This document shows, in pieces, positions 28,250 to 38,815 of a DNA stretch of 58,891 nt. The notes under the pieces are model-generated. The model saw only the letters and a list, made by a program, of their open reading frames with translations. It did not search any database and was not told the DNA's origin. Position 1 is the stretch's first letter. The number at the start of each line of letters is the position of its first letter. The stretch is from NCBI GenBank assembly GCA_018398765.1, contig JAHBMJ010000027.1:1-58891 (forward strand). The letters are read 5' to 3'. The DNA comes from Chromera velia (Eukaryota). The translations under genes and the position numbers were made by a program.

Positions 28250-29220
28250 AAGAGAGCAGTGCACAATGATATTTTTCATACTATTTAATAAATGTGCCAC
28301 AGTGGGTATTCACTGGCATTGTAAGGAATAGAGCTGTACGTCTGGTTTTTAATAATATGAGAATTCAAACTAGCGCTGAAACGGTAATGCTATGGTATAA
28401 TTTTATATTGTGTGCACATATACTACTATTTTAGTTTCCTTAGTAAATAATAGTGATAGGCTAGGTGACAGGGTTAGTCACGCTTAAGTAGTAGCATAAG
28501 TTAGCCTAAGTAGCACTGTAGTTATACCTATTCAAAAGTGGGATCAAGATATTAAATTCAATGCTCAAAACTTCAAGAATATATGATCGGGTATAAAAAA
28601 ATGTAAACTGAAACTAGAGCTGAAATTTAAAGCATAACTCCAAATTAAATTACCGGTGTAAAAACGCTAGTAAAAACGTAAGCGTATTCACTGTTCTTTG
28701 TATACACTTTATTATCATAAATTTATTCAATATGCATAGAAATTTCAAATTAAATATCAAAATTCTATCTTTAAACTAGTTTTTAAATATGATTTTGAAG
28801 CGATCATTGATGAAAAAAAATTGTATGAAATATTGTTATTGCAAATTGATCGAGGTTAGGATTCGGATCGAGGCGGCATCGTTTTCTTTCAATAAATTAT
28901 TACCTTTTACCTATAAATTCTGTAAGACTCCAAGTCTATTTCATTTAGAATTCTTGAGTAAAATAATTTGAAGTTTTGCTAGAAGTTTTGATCGTTTTGA
29001 CTTTAAATTAAAATTTCTGTGTCATGCATTATACTGCAATCCATCATGCAAGGCTAAGAACCTAGGGGAGAATTGTTACTAAGTTCGGAAACACTAGCAC
29101 CATGCATACTACTCGATCATTCTTTTTTTGTGAAAGAAAAGTGATCTAGCTAGCTGTTTTTTGATATGGTTTGCGGTTCCTAGTGTGGTTCCTTCCCGTC
29201 ACTTATTTTCAGTTTTCACT
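28250..29220. other. AT-rich, TpA-enriched intergenic island between convergent gene ends
   Basis: Line 28441-28500 has 11 TpA versus 4 ApT (hand count); no credible ORF. Confidence 0.6.
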
Positions 29221-29759
29221 GTCTTTCAGCCTTTCCCCTCTCTCGCGCATGCCGAGTCATTGCCGACGTGCGATTGATCAACCTGTCTCTGAAGACGGAG
29301 TGTAAGGACATGCACTGCTTCTTGATTTAAGAAAGTCCGAAACCCAGGAACATTCCGAGGTCAAAAGAGGCGGGCGCCCCCTGATCGACGCCTGTCCCCG
29401 TCCATGCAGGCTGCCTTTCGTTGCCCCAGACAACGCTGCATGCAAACTGGATCAATTTCCCTCTCCCTCACGTACGAACGCCTCATATGGGAATTCTGCT
29501 CTCCGCATCCACACGAACGGAAACAAAGCAGGCAAGGCCTCTCTCTTGCTTTCGACCCGACCGATCTCTCTCTCATTTCTCATCGAATTGATTTCCCTGT
29601 CCCGCCCCACCCCGCCCCTGTCTCTCCCCCTCTGCGTTTTTGCCTTCTCACATTCATTCCACGATTTCCGACCCCCTCTGTCCCTACTGATTGTCCACGA
29701 ATTCGATCAGCAACTGCATCCCAGAGCTAAATCAAATCTGTTTGAGAAAGGCAAAAAGA

Positions 29760-32125
29760 TCACATTTTCGGGATATCGTTTCTGATGAAATCCTCCAACT
29801 CAAAGTTTGCATACACCTTCCCTCTGGCCGAAACCACAGGCATCGAAACCTTCAGAGACTGCTGCCCGGGGAAGGCACTCCGCACGCGTCTCCACATACC
29901 CTCCTCATTCACCGGCTCCTCAGTTCTGAAGACAGTAAACTGCAGCCCTGCGTTTCGCAAAGCACCCCTGACAGCATCACAGCGGGTGCAGCCGTCTTTT
30001 GTGAAGACCTTCACGTCCTGCTCTTGCTCGTAGATGGTCTGTCCGAGAGGTCCGATGACTTCTCGAATGAATCTATCCAGAGGGAAGTTCACGTACATGT
30101 CCTTCCTCTCTGGTCGGATGATCTTCACCACAGGCATCTCGATCTGCTGAATAGAGGAGTTGTGCTTCGAGAGCGACGCCCACATGTGCTCCCTGTTAGA
30201 GGGGTGACGGCCGACGTCGTACACTCCGACCTGCATTTGGTCATACACAGAAAACAGAATGGCAAGAATTGGTGCTGGAGGGGCTGTATGAAAGAATGGG
30301 CACCTGACAGCAAAAGAGCCTGAGGATGATGCGCGGTTGAAGAAGACACTAAAGATGCCACACAAAGAGAAAGAGAGAGAGCAAGTATTTTCGTTCTACG
30401 GCTACCCTACACCCCATGCAGTTGCACGTCTTCACCCCTTAGCTCCATCCCAAGAACCCACTAGCACTCTCACACACCATCTGTGCACTGCTCACCTTGA
30501 TCCCTCTGTCTGCAAATGCCTCCATCACCGCCTGGCACTTGCCGCAGCTTTCCTTGATGAACATCTCAACCTGCACGTGGGAGGAACGCATGCAGATACA
30601 CACGAATTAATGAGAAACTCAATCAGTGTATCTATCAGGGGTCATAAATTCACAGAGGGCAACTAAAAAGGGCTTTCTGCCATTTCTTTCATCACCCCCG
30701 AATCCGAGAGAGAATCTCTGGTTGTCCCTCCCTCCCTCCCTCCCTGGATACGTGCTTTCGTCACGGGGGCGACATAGCAGGGGACAAAGAAGCGGGGAGA
30801 GAAAAGATAGCTGCCTCGACCTGACTCATTCAGCCGAAGCGCACCGTAAGTTTTTTTTTAATATAACGCGACAAAAAGGAACAACAGATTGAAATCAAAT
30901 TTCAATTTGCAAACGACATAAGAAATTTGCATTTCTTTCTTCCTCCTACCTGAAGGCCGCCTGGGTTGATCGGCGCCTCCATCGGAGTCGCTGTGGTGCT
31001 GTGCTGTGCGGGGGCAGGGACCATTGCCGGGGCCATGGCCTCGCTACCCCCCGCCACGGCTGCCGGGGCCCCAGAGCCGAGAGGGTAGTCCGGAGTGGTC
31101 CCGACGGGGCCCCCACCCCTTGCTGCTGCTGGGGGCGGTGTGTGATCGGAGGGAAGTCCAGCAGCGGGGAGAAGGTGGGGCTGAGCCGTCGTGTTCTTAT
31201 ATCCAAGTGCAGGCGGGAGAGCTGAGGTGTTTTGGGGGTTGCCTGAGGAGATACGTGCAATCAGCGTGTCAGGATCGAAATTGACGAAACAGGAAGAGTC
31301 GATGACGACAACGGGCATGGAGATTTCCCGAAGTTTGCGATCTTTCTCCCTAACCCGTCTCCACATCGCCCTCTTGTTCGCTTCGTTGTCGACTTTGTAC
31401 AGCTCAGGCTGCACACCTGTCTCCCTCGCTGCTTTGACAATTCGCTCCAGCAGGTTGTTCTGGGACTGAAAGAACACCTGGATGCCGCGCTTGACAGGTC
31501 GCAGAGGGGAAATGACGTCAACAATGAAGTCATCGAGATCGAAATTGTAATGGAGTCGGCCTTGCAGCTGCACGACGGGAAGAGTCACGGTGTCAAGGCC
31601 TTTCACACCAGCGCTCTCGAGGACCTTCCACATCGCGGCTGCGTTTGCCGACTCTTCTGTGTAGTACACATTCGCAGCAATTCCCGCCTCACCGAGAGCC
31701 TCAAGGACTTCAGCACTTCGACCACAGTTTCGCTTTGCGAACACTTTGATGCTGGTCGTGTCAACTGCGGCAACAACCGGTGCAGGCGAAGCAACGGTGG
31801 AAGAAGCAACGGGAGCAAGGGGAGCGACCCCGCCAGCCGGCATCCCCCCGCTTCCACCCCCACTGATGACATCTGCCCACACGTTGTCAACCCAGAGAGA
31901 AATGTCGAAGTCTGCATGGACTTGTCCGTCTATCACAACGACAGGAGTTGAGAACTTTGCAACACCTCTCTTTGCCATGATGTTGGACAGCTTCTGTTTG
32001 TTGGCCTCGTCATCCAGATTGTAGAAGGACAGGTCAACGTTGTCTGAGTCCATGATGATCCTTTTCTTCAGCTCCGCGGAACGCGGGCAGCCGGGCTTGT
32101 TGAAGAACTCGACTTTAGGAGCCAT
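29760..32125 (-). CDS. Protein with five tandem glutaredoxin-like domains (~573 aa, 3 exons)
   Basis: Exons 32125-30950, 30570-30496, 30230-29760, all phase 0 with GT/AG borders. Five repeats have V.xF.K..CxxC/S, N...MW (4 of 5) and cis-Pro [T/L/M]PVV motifs: CPRS, CGRS, no Cys (QNNL), CGKC, CTRC. The small middle exon carrying CGKC is absent from the ORF track. Confidence 0.85.
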
Positions 32126-32754
32126 TTTTTGTGTGGTGCAAAGAAATCTTTAATAGTGACGTGGGGTCACCGTCTGACTTGTGCTGTTCAAGCAAGAAGC
32201 GTGTTGGAAGTGAGCAAGGTTGCGTCCCTGAAGTTGAAAGCTCAGAAACAATGAAGAAAATCTCCTTGTTATTTTTGTGAGCACAGTTGACCACATTGCA
32301 TGACCTTTTCCAGCCTGCACTGAGCTGCTGTACAAGAACAACACGTGTCGAAAATCGTGGTCGCACTTAGCCGATTATTCGTCGAATTTTTGGCGCATGC
32401 ATTTAGGCGAACCGTCATGCATCCACGGGTCTCCGAACCAAAAAGCATGCATGTACACGACGGCTGGGTGCACGGAGACGGGTTATGAAAGCCTGGCTGA
32501 TTTTCGCACTTCCGACGTTCTTTTTAGCTGATTTGCGGGACGCAGTGGGTTCACAGTGCACTTTGTTCATTTGTCTGAGTCAGTCTGAAGACGGGGTGCG
32601 TTGGAGGAAGAGCAGGTGATATGAGAAAGGTGACTACCCACTTCAGATTGGCATCGCGATCGCCGTCTCGGAATCAAGTTCTCTATCTTTTGTTTCAACC
32701 CGTCCCTGCAACTCGCTGCCCAACCGGTTTTACCATTCCGCAAGGAGGAGCACC
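32126..32754. promoter_or_regulatory. Putative bidirectional promoter between the glutaredoxin and MFS genes
   Basis: 629 bp between divergent ATGs; GCATGCAT at ~32395 and ~32445; TTTTGGCGC at ~32388. Function inferred. Confidence 0.45.
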
Positions 32755-35528
32755 ATGGCGTCTACCAACAGCCACACTTTGCACCGCCCGTGGTGGAGCC
32801 ATAGGCTTGCACATTTGTCGATCAACGTCTCCAAGGTAAATCTTCTGTTTGGGGGAGACGGAGTGTTTCGGCAAGAAGGGGGGAGTGGTTCTTGCTGTTG
32901 ACGGCCCTTCGTTTCCGCTTGCCTAGCGGTTCATTTGCGCCTGTCTTTTCGTGTACGAAGTGAAATGCTGATGCGTCCTCTGTGTGCAGATCTTCCTCAC
33001 GGGAGGCATCATGTTTGGGTGGAGTAGTCTGACGGCTGTGTTTCTTGAAATGGGGGTCTTTCGGGGAAGCAGCTGTGACGCTGACTTGAACAAGTCATGC
33101 AAGCAGCAGGACATGCTGCTGAATGCAGTTTTTACAGTAGCCTCCGTGTCCTCCTACGTGAGCTGCTTGTTAACCGGATTTCTCCTCGACCTGCGTGGTC
33201 CCAGATTCATCTCTCTTCTCGGCTTTTTTCTCGTTTCGCTTAGTCTTGCGCTTTTGGCTTTTGTGGGCGTCAGTGCCTGGTTGCTGTTTCCATCTTTGTG
33301 TCTCATGGGATTGTCAACACCCATGATGCTTTACTCGAGTTTCTACACGAGCAGTTTTTTCAAGAAACCGGGAGTCGTTTTTGGACTCTTCGATGGCTCC
33401 TTTGACTGCTCTTCGGCAGTTTTCTTGGTCCTCAGCACCGTTTTCAATGCGGGTGTTGCGCCTTTCATGACAATCATCCTCGTCTATGCGGGAGTGACTG
33501 TGTTGCCTCTAACAGCCTTTGCGTCCTTCTGCATTCCCACGAAGAAAGCACTCGACAAGTGGGAAGCAGAGAAAGAAGAAGAAGGAGCTGAAGTACAGCT
33601 GAAGCAGAAAGAGTCCGAAACTGAGGAGGGAGACGGAATCAGACGTGAGACACACGAGGAAGGACAGACGCCTAAGATGCCTGCCTGCTCTATCCTCCCC
33701 CGGCCCTCCACTCGTGACTCCCACACACCTCTTTCTCCGGATCGGGACCAAACGAAGGCGCCCTCTGCAAGTCAACGGGACGCGGCGGAGGCGGGTCGTA
33801 GCATTATGGACAGATTCGCACCACAGGAAATGAACAGTTTTGTGGACACACCAGCAGATGAGGGCGGGGAAGGGGAAGGGGGAGGCAGCCCTCCGGTTCT
33901 CCCTCCTCCCTCACTTAGAGAGGCACCGAAAGGTCAACTCTCTCTTGAGGAGAGAGAGGAACAGGCGTCCAGTCGCATCATGCCTTGCAGCCGTGAGACA
34001 CCAAATGAGAAGGGATGCACAGTGCCCTCAGAGAGGCATGATTCGTCTCTAGTGGGAGAGGTGACCCTGTCAGGTGAGGGTGAGAAGGAGGGAGTCTCAT
34101 CTTCTTCTTCTTCGCCCTCTTCGTCGGCCTCCTCTTCCCCCCGTCCCCATCCGTCCTTTCGGGAACAGGCCTTGTCGCCCCTTTTCCTTGCTTACGTCTC
34201 GTTCATGTCATTCAACCTGCTCAAGTTCACCTTCTACTTCGGATCGGTTGTGTCCAACCTGCAGTCCCTTGCAGAGACTCCGGAAGAAGCAAAGTGAGTG
34301 AGTGAGTGAGTGAGTCAGTTAGTCAAGTTGCAGCTTCAAAGAGAGGGTCTCAGGAAGGGGAGGGATGAGTTGAAGAAGATCAAAAGCGACACGAAGTGAG
34401 AAAGCGAGACACGTAGGCTCACGTCTGTATGCGTAGCGAACAGCAAAAGGCCAGCCAGATGGACACACCGCTACCTCATTCCGTATCGATCTCCCTGGAT
34501 CGTCGCGCACGATTGAATTTTCGTGTATTCCTCCCTCTTTTTAACCTACATGAGTTTCGATCAACAGTGCATTTCGTCCGCTCGCTTGGTCAGAAAGTAA
34601 TACATCTGTTTCCTTTCATTCTGAACTTCCTCCCTCCTCATGTTGCCTGCCTGCCTGTCTTCAGAGCGTCAAACCGGATCTTCAGTACCGTCACCGCTCT
34701 TGGAGGTCTGCTCTCTCCCCTTGTGGGAGTGATCATCGACAGACTCGGCCTCCCTGTTGCTTTGGACCTTCTGCTGGTTGTCAGCTGCATCCACGAGCTT
34801 GCTTCTGCAATTCCGAATTTGGCGGTGCAACCCGTGGGTTTTGTCGGATTTGCCGCCTTCAGAGCTTTTCTGTTCACTTGCAACAGGTCAGAGAAGGGAG
34901 GCATTTATCATATTCAAATGCCATGCACGAAAAGAAAAAGAATCAAAGGAGCCACGCACCGGAAATTGAGGGAGGAAAAAGCGGAGAGGATGAAGATATG
35001 CAGTCGCGTTCGGTTCTCTGTTGAAGTCTCTACTCTTCTTCTGCACCCTCTGTCTTGTCCTCACTTCATCCATTTCCCCAGCCAACCAGCAATCTGTATT
35101 TCCTCTCCTGCCGGCCTAGAAACCTTCCCTGTATCCTTCCTGTTTTTGCATGCAGCACGTTCATGTACACGGTCTTTGCGGGGCCGAACGTGGGCGGTCT
35201 GCTTGGCGTGTCTACGTTGATCGCCTCTGCGTTTGCGTCGCTGCACTTTGGCCTCTTCGCTCTTGCCGTGGGCCCCCTCGCCCGCGACTTCTTCCTAATT
35301 CACGCGGTCCTGCTTGTCTGCGACCTCACCCTCTTCGCCTTCCCCTGGTTTCTCAGGAGGCACTTGAGGTTGCAAAGGCTGGCTGCGCAGCGGAGTCGGA
35401 CTGACTCAAAAAGCGAGGTGGTGAAAAAGATACGAAAGAATGCGCGAGAGCAGAGTCCGGCGACTCTCCGTGAAGAGTCCAACAGAGGTTCGAACAGCCA
35501 AGAAGAACGGGGGGCCTCCATTGTCTAG
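32755..35528 (+). CDS. MFS transporter, SLC43/LAT3 (ApiAT/FMP42-like) family, ~659 aa, 4 exons
   Basis: Exons 32755-32835, 32990-34293, 34665-34886, 35156-35528 total 1980 nt in frame. IFLTGGIMFGWSSL..VF...GVF...C...C..QD..LN.VF and GFLLDLRGPR (MFS motif A), repeated as GVIIDRLG, fit SLC43-type transporters; there is a large central hydrophilic loop. Confidence 0.85.
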
Positions 35529-35839
35529 ACGGCCGTAGACATAAGCATTGTTTGGTTTCTTCCGAAACGCCCTGGAAGGTTCAAATTGTGTACGCCCTTT
35601 GAGAGCTGCACTTCATGTTTGTCACACAATTTGTAAGTCGATGATACAGTATCAGATACCATGTCTGATACCCTCTGATTTCGAACTATGGCTATTTGAC
35701 CCCCGATGATGGCGATGATATCGCATTGTATTCAATGGCCGTTTCGTTCCAGACTCTCAATTGACTCCGACGTTTTAGGCCCGTCTTTCACCACTGGATT
35801 CGCACTGCCTGACTTGAAACACCAGGTTCAGCTTTGCAG

Positions 35840-36750
35840 CCACCTTTAGATTTAAGTAAAAGAGTCAGTATGAAAGGCTCTTCAAATTACCACAATTTGC
35901 CAGTCTCACTGGTAGACTTCAACGAATTCTTTCAAGTTATTCAGTCTTCAGGTATCAGGACCCTATCAAACAAGTAACAAGTTTCTAGATAGGTTTTAGC
36001 ATAATACTAAATTATTACTCAGGCTGGCTTATATTGGTTTAATAGAATCCGTTAGAATATTACGCTTTAGATTACGTTTTCCTTCATTACTAACTTATTA
36101 ACCCAGTTGCTAGCCCAGTTGCTTCAAAAGTTCCCAATTAACTAGCAAACTAAAGGGCCAATTTGTTTGGTTCATTTTTTTATGATCATGTAATTTTATT
36201 ATCATCATTTTAAAAATCGAAATTAAAATTTCATGTGTTGATTAGATCGTGTTGTTACAAGCTGAGTGTTTCTTTTAAAGTTTGTTTTTACTGCAACTTC
36301 TATATATATGCCAGTGATCTTCAAAATTGTTATTGACGAGGTTATTGAAAAATTGTAAGAAAAGTTAATATATTGGTACAGTTACACCTATAGACGTATG
36401 TAGTCTGACGTCTAGTCTAACATACTTTAGTTTAAGAATCGGTTATAACTTTGTAAACTTAATTATCCGCTTGCTCCAGACACCAGAAACCGTCTGATAA
36501 TATAAACTTATAAACTAGAATAACCCCACTGGCAATAATAATTTATAAACTTGAAGACCTGCTAGTGCGGTTCTATATAAAATACCTGTTTAACCTAGTG
36601 ATTGACGAAGGACTCAAACTAGATATGTCAAACTGATTAAAACTGATAGTCAAAGAAAGAAGTATCAACGATATAGAATCAATTTATAAATGCGTGTAAT
36701 TAATGATGGCTAACTGACAGTGCATATTCGTAGAAGTATTTAGAAGTTTA
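35840..36750. other. AT-rich, TpA/CTAG-rich intergenic island between convergent gene ends
   Basis: No ORF >=60 aa; many CTAG/TAG/TAA words; short internal duplications (CCCAGTTGCT x2 at ~36101-36123; TATAAACTT x3 at ~36501-36552). Confidence 0.6.
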
Positions 36751-38514
36751 TCATTTTTCATCCCTCTCAGGATAGGATGCTCCAGCCTCCAAAAGGACCG
36801 TCTTAGTTTCACTGTGTCTATTCTCTGAAGCCAGCTTAAGAGCTGTTCTCCCGAAGGGGTCTGCTGCGTTCACATCAGCACCCGCATCCAAAAGCGCCCG
36901 AACAACAGGAGTGTGCCCGCCGAAAGAAGCCCACATGAGAGGTGTACGCCCCTGCCCCTCACAATTCACCTCTGCCCCTGCCTTGAGGAGCTCTCTGACG
37001 GTTTCGAGGTGCCCCTTCTGGGAAGCAAGGAGGAGTGCAGACGACCCGAGAGTGTTCTTTGCATTCAGGTCTGGACCGTCACCGTCCCTTCCGGAGCCTT
37101 GCCGAAAGCTCAGGAGAGTTCGCACGACCTCCACATGACCATTGGACGATGCCAAAATCAGCGCTGTCGATTCATTTCTATCCACAACATTCAAATTGGC
37201 TCCTGCTCTCAGGAGCATTAGGACCAAATCATTACGACCATCGTTGCAGGCATAGAGCAGCGGTGTACCCCCCCTGGCAGTCGCTGCGTCAACGTTTGCC
37301 CTCCCTTTCAGAAGCACAGCAGCTACTTCGGGGTGTCCGTTTGAGACTGCAATATGGAGGGCCGTCACCCCTTCTGCCCCTCTGGTGTGAACGATTTTAT
37401 TTGGGTGTGCATCGAGAAGAACGCGCACAATGTCTGAATTCCCCATCATGGAGGCAAGCAGGAGGGGACCCCAGCCATCTGCAGTCACTACCTCCACCTC
37501 CGCCCCTCTAGACAGCAACGCTTGCACAACCTCCACATTTCCTCTGTCACACGCCAAGACCAGTGCGGTGCAGCCGTTTCTGCCCGCGATGTTCACTTCG
37601 CATCCTTCATTCAAAAGGGCAAGGGCGACTTCCATGTTACCCCTGAAAATCGACCACATCAGGGAGGTCCACCCGTCAGCCTTGCCACTGTGATTGATCT
37701 TCGCTCCCCCCTCTAGAAGAACCCGCACAACTGCTGAGTTTCCCTTGAGAGAAGCGGCGACGATCAAAGGAGAAAACCCGTTGTCATCTTCTGCATTTTT
37801 TTCCGCTCCGTGCTGCAGGAGCGTCTGTACTGTTTCTGAGCTGCCCTCAGAGGAAGATGACGAGGCCCAAAACAACGCCGTAAATCCTCCTCGACTCACG
37901 GCATTCGGATCTGCGTCCCCTTCCTCCAACAGCGTCTTGACGATTTTCGTATTTCCCTTCCTTGAAGCCAGCATGAGCGCTGTGCAATCAAGTTTGTCCC
38001 CTCTATTCACATTCACCCTTTGTCTGAGAAACTCACGCACCACCTCAACGTGAGGAGTAAGGGCGGCGGCAATTAACGCTGTCCTGCCTTCCGAGTCCGG
38101 CCTCTCCGGTGATGCTCCTAATGTGACCAGGAGTCTGACTCCCTCTACCCACCCTCCTCTTGCAGCTAGATGGAGTGCCGATTCCTCAAAAGACGAAGAC
38201 GGATGCACAAAATCGGGCCTCTCCTCCCCCACAGGAACAGACACCAGGCTGTTCGCGTCTACACCGAGGCGAAGCAACAGCAAGACATTGCCTGTGTTCC
38301 ATTCAGCCCCTGGTGCACACTTTTCCACCAATTTTCTCAAAAGTCTAGGAGAAACAGGTCGAAATCTACGCACATTCCTCAAGACGACACAGGTTAGGCT
38401 AAACGGCACATGGGATGGATGGTCTTCCCTCGTCGGTTGTCGAGACTCGGGAGCGACGCCAGAACCCGCACAGGGGGAAGAAGGAGGGCTGGAGGAAACC
38501 TTACCCGATTCCAT
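36751..38514 (-). CDS. Intronless ankyrin-repeat protein, 587 aa, about 14 repeats
   Basis: Single ORF with 14 T/S-A/P-L-x-x-A-type units followed by G...V..LL..GA.VN (SALHLAARGG through TALKLASENR). Confidence 0.93.
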   Translation of the reverse strand: MESGKVSSSPPSSPCAGSGVAPESRQPTREDHPSHVPFSLTCVVLRNVRRFRPVSPRLLRKLVEKCAPGAEWNTGNVLLLLRLGVDANSLVSVPVGEERPDFVHPSSSFEESALHLAARGGWVEGVRLLVTLGASPERPDSEGRTALIAAALTPHVEVVREFLRQRVNVNRGDKLDCTALMLASRKGNTKIVKTLLEEGDADPNAVSRGGFTALFWASSSSSEGSSETVQTLLQHGAEKNAEDDNGFSPLIVAASLKGNSAVVRVLLEGGAKINHSGKADGWTSLMWSIFRGNMEVALALLNEGCEVNIAGRNGCTALVLACDRGNVEVVQALLSRGAEVEVVTADGWGPLLLASMMGNSDIVRVLLDAHPNKIVHTRGAEGVTALHIAVSNGHPEVAAVLLKGRANVDAATARGGTPLLYACNDGRNDLVLMLLRAGANLNVVDRNESTALILASSNGHVEVVRTLLSFRQGSGRDGDGPDLNAKNTLGSSALLLASQKGHLETVRELLKAGAEVNCEGQGRTPLMWASFGGHTPVVRALLDAGADVNAADPFGRTALKLASENRHSETKTVLLEAGASYPERDEK

Positions 38515-38815
38515 TTTACTCTGGATCGAACCTTCGGCTTCGACCTCCGGACATGCAGCTGTGTTGATTTTGTAAGTTTGACTGACCTGACAGAGACACT
38601 GTCAGTCTGGCTGTGTTGGCAGTTCTGACAAGCTCTTTCGCAAAAAACACGGTAGCATTCTTTCAGTCGGTCTGCATACTGTCTGGCAGCTACATGTACA
38701 ACGACGAAACCGAAAGCTAGTGAAATGTAGCAGAGAAATTTTTCGCTGCCACATTCCGTATTAAATTAGCCTATAGACATGCACTCAGCCTGCCAGTCAT
38801 GCATCAGTCATTATA

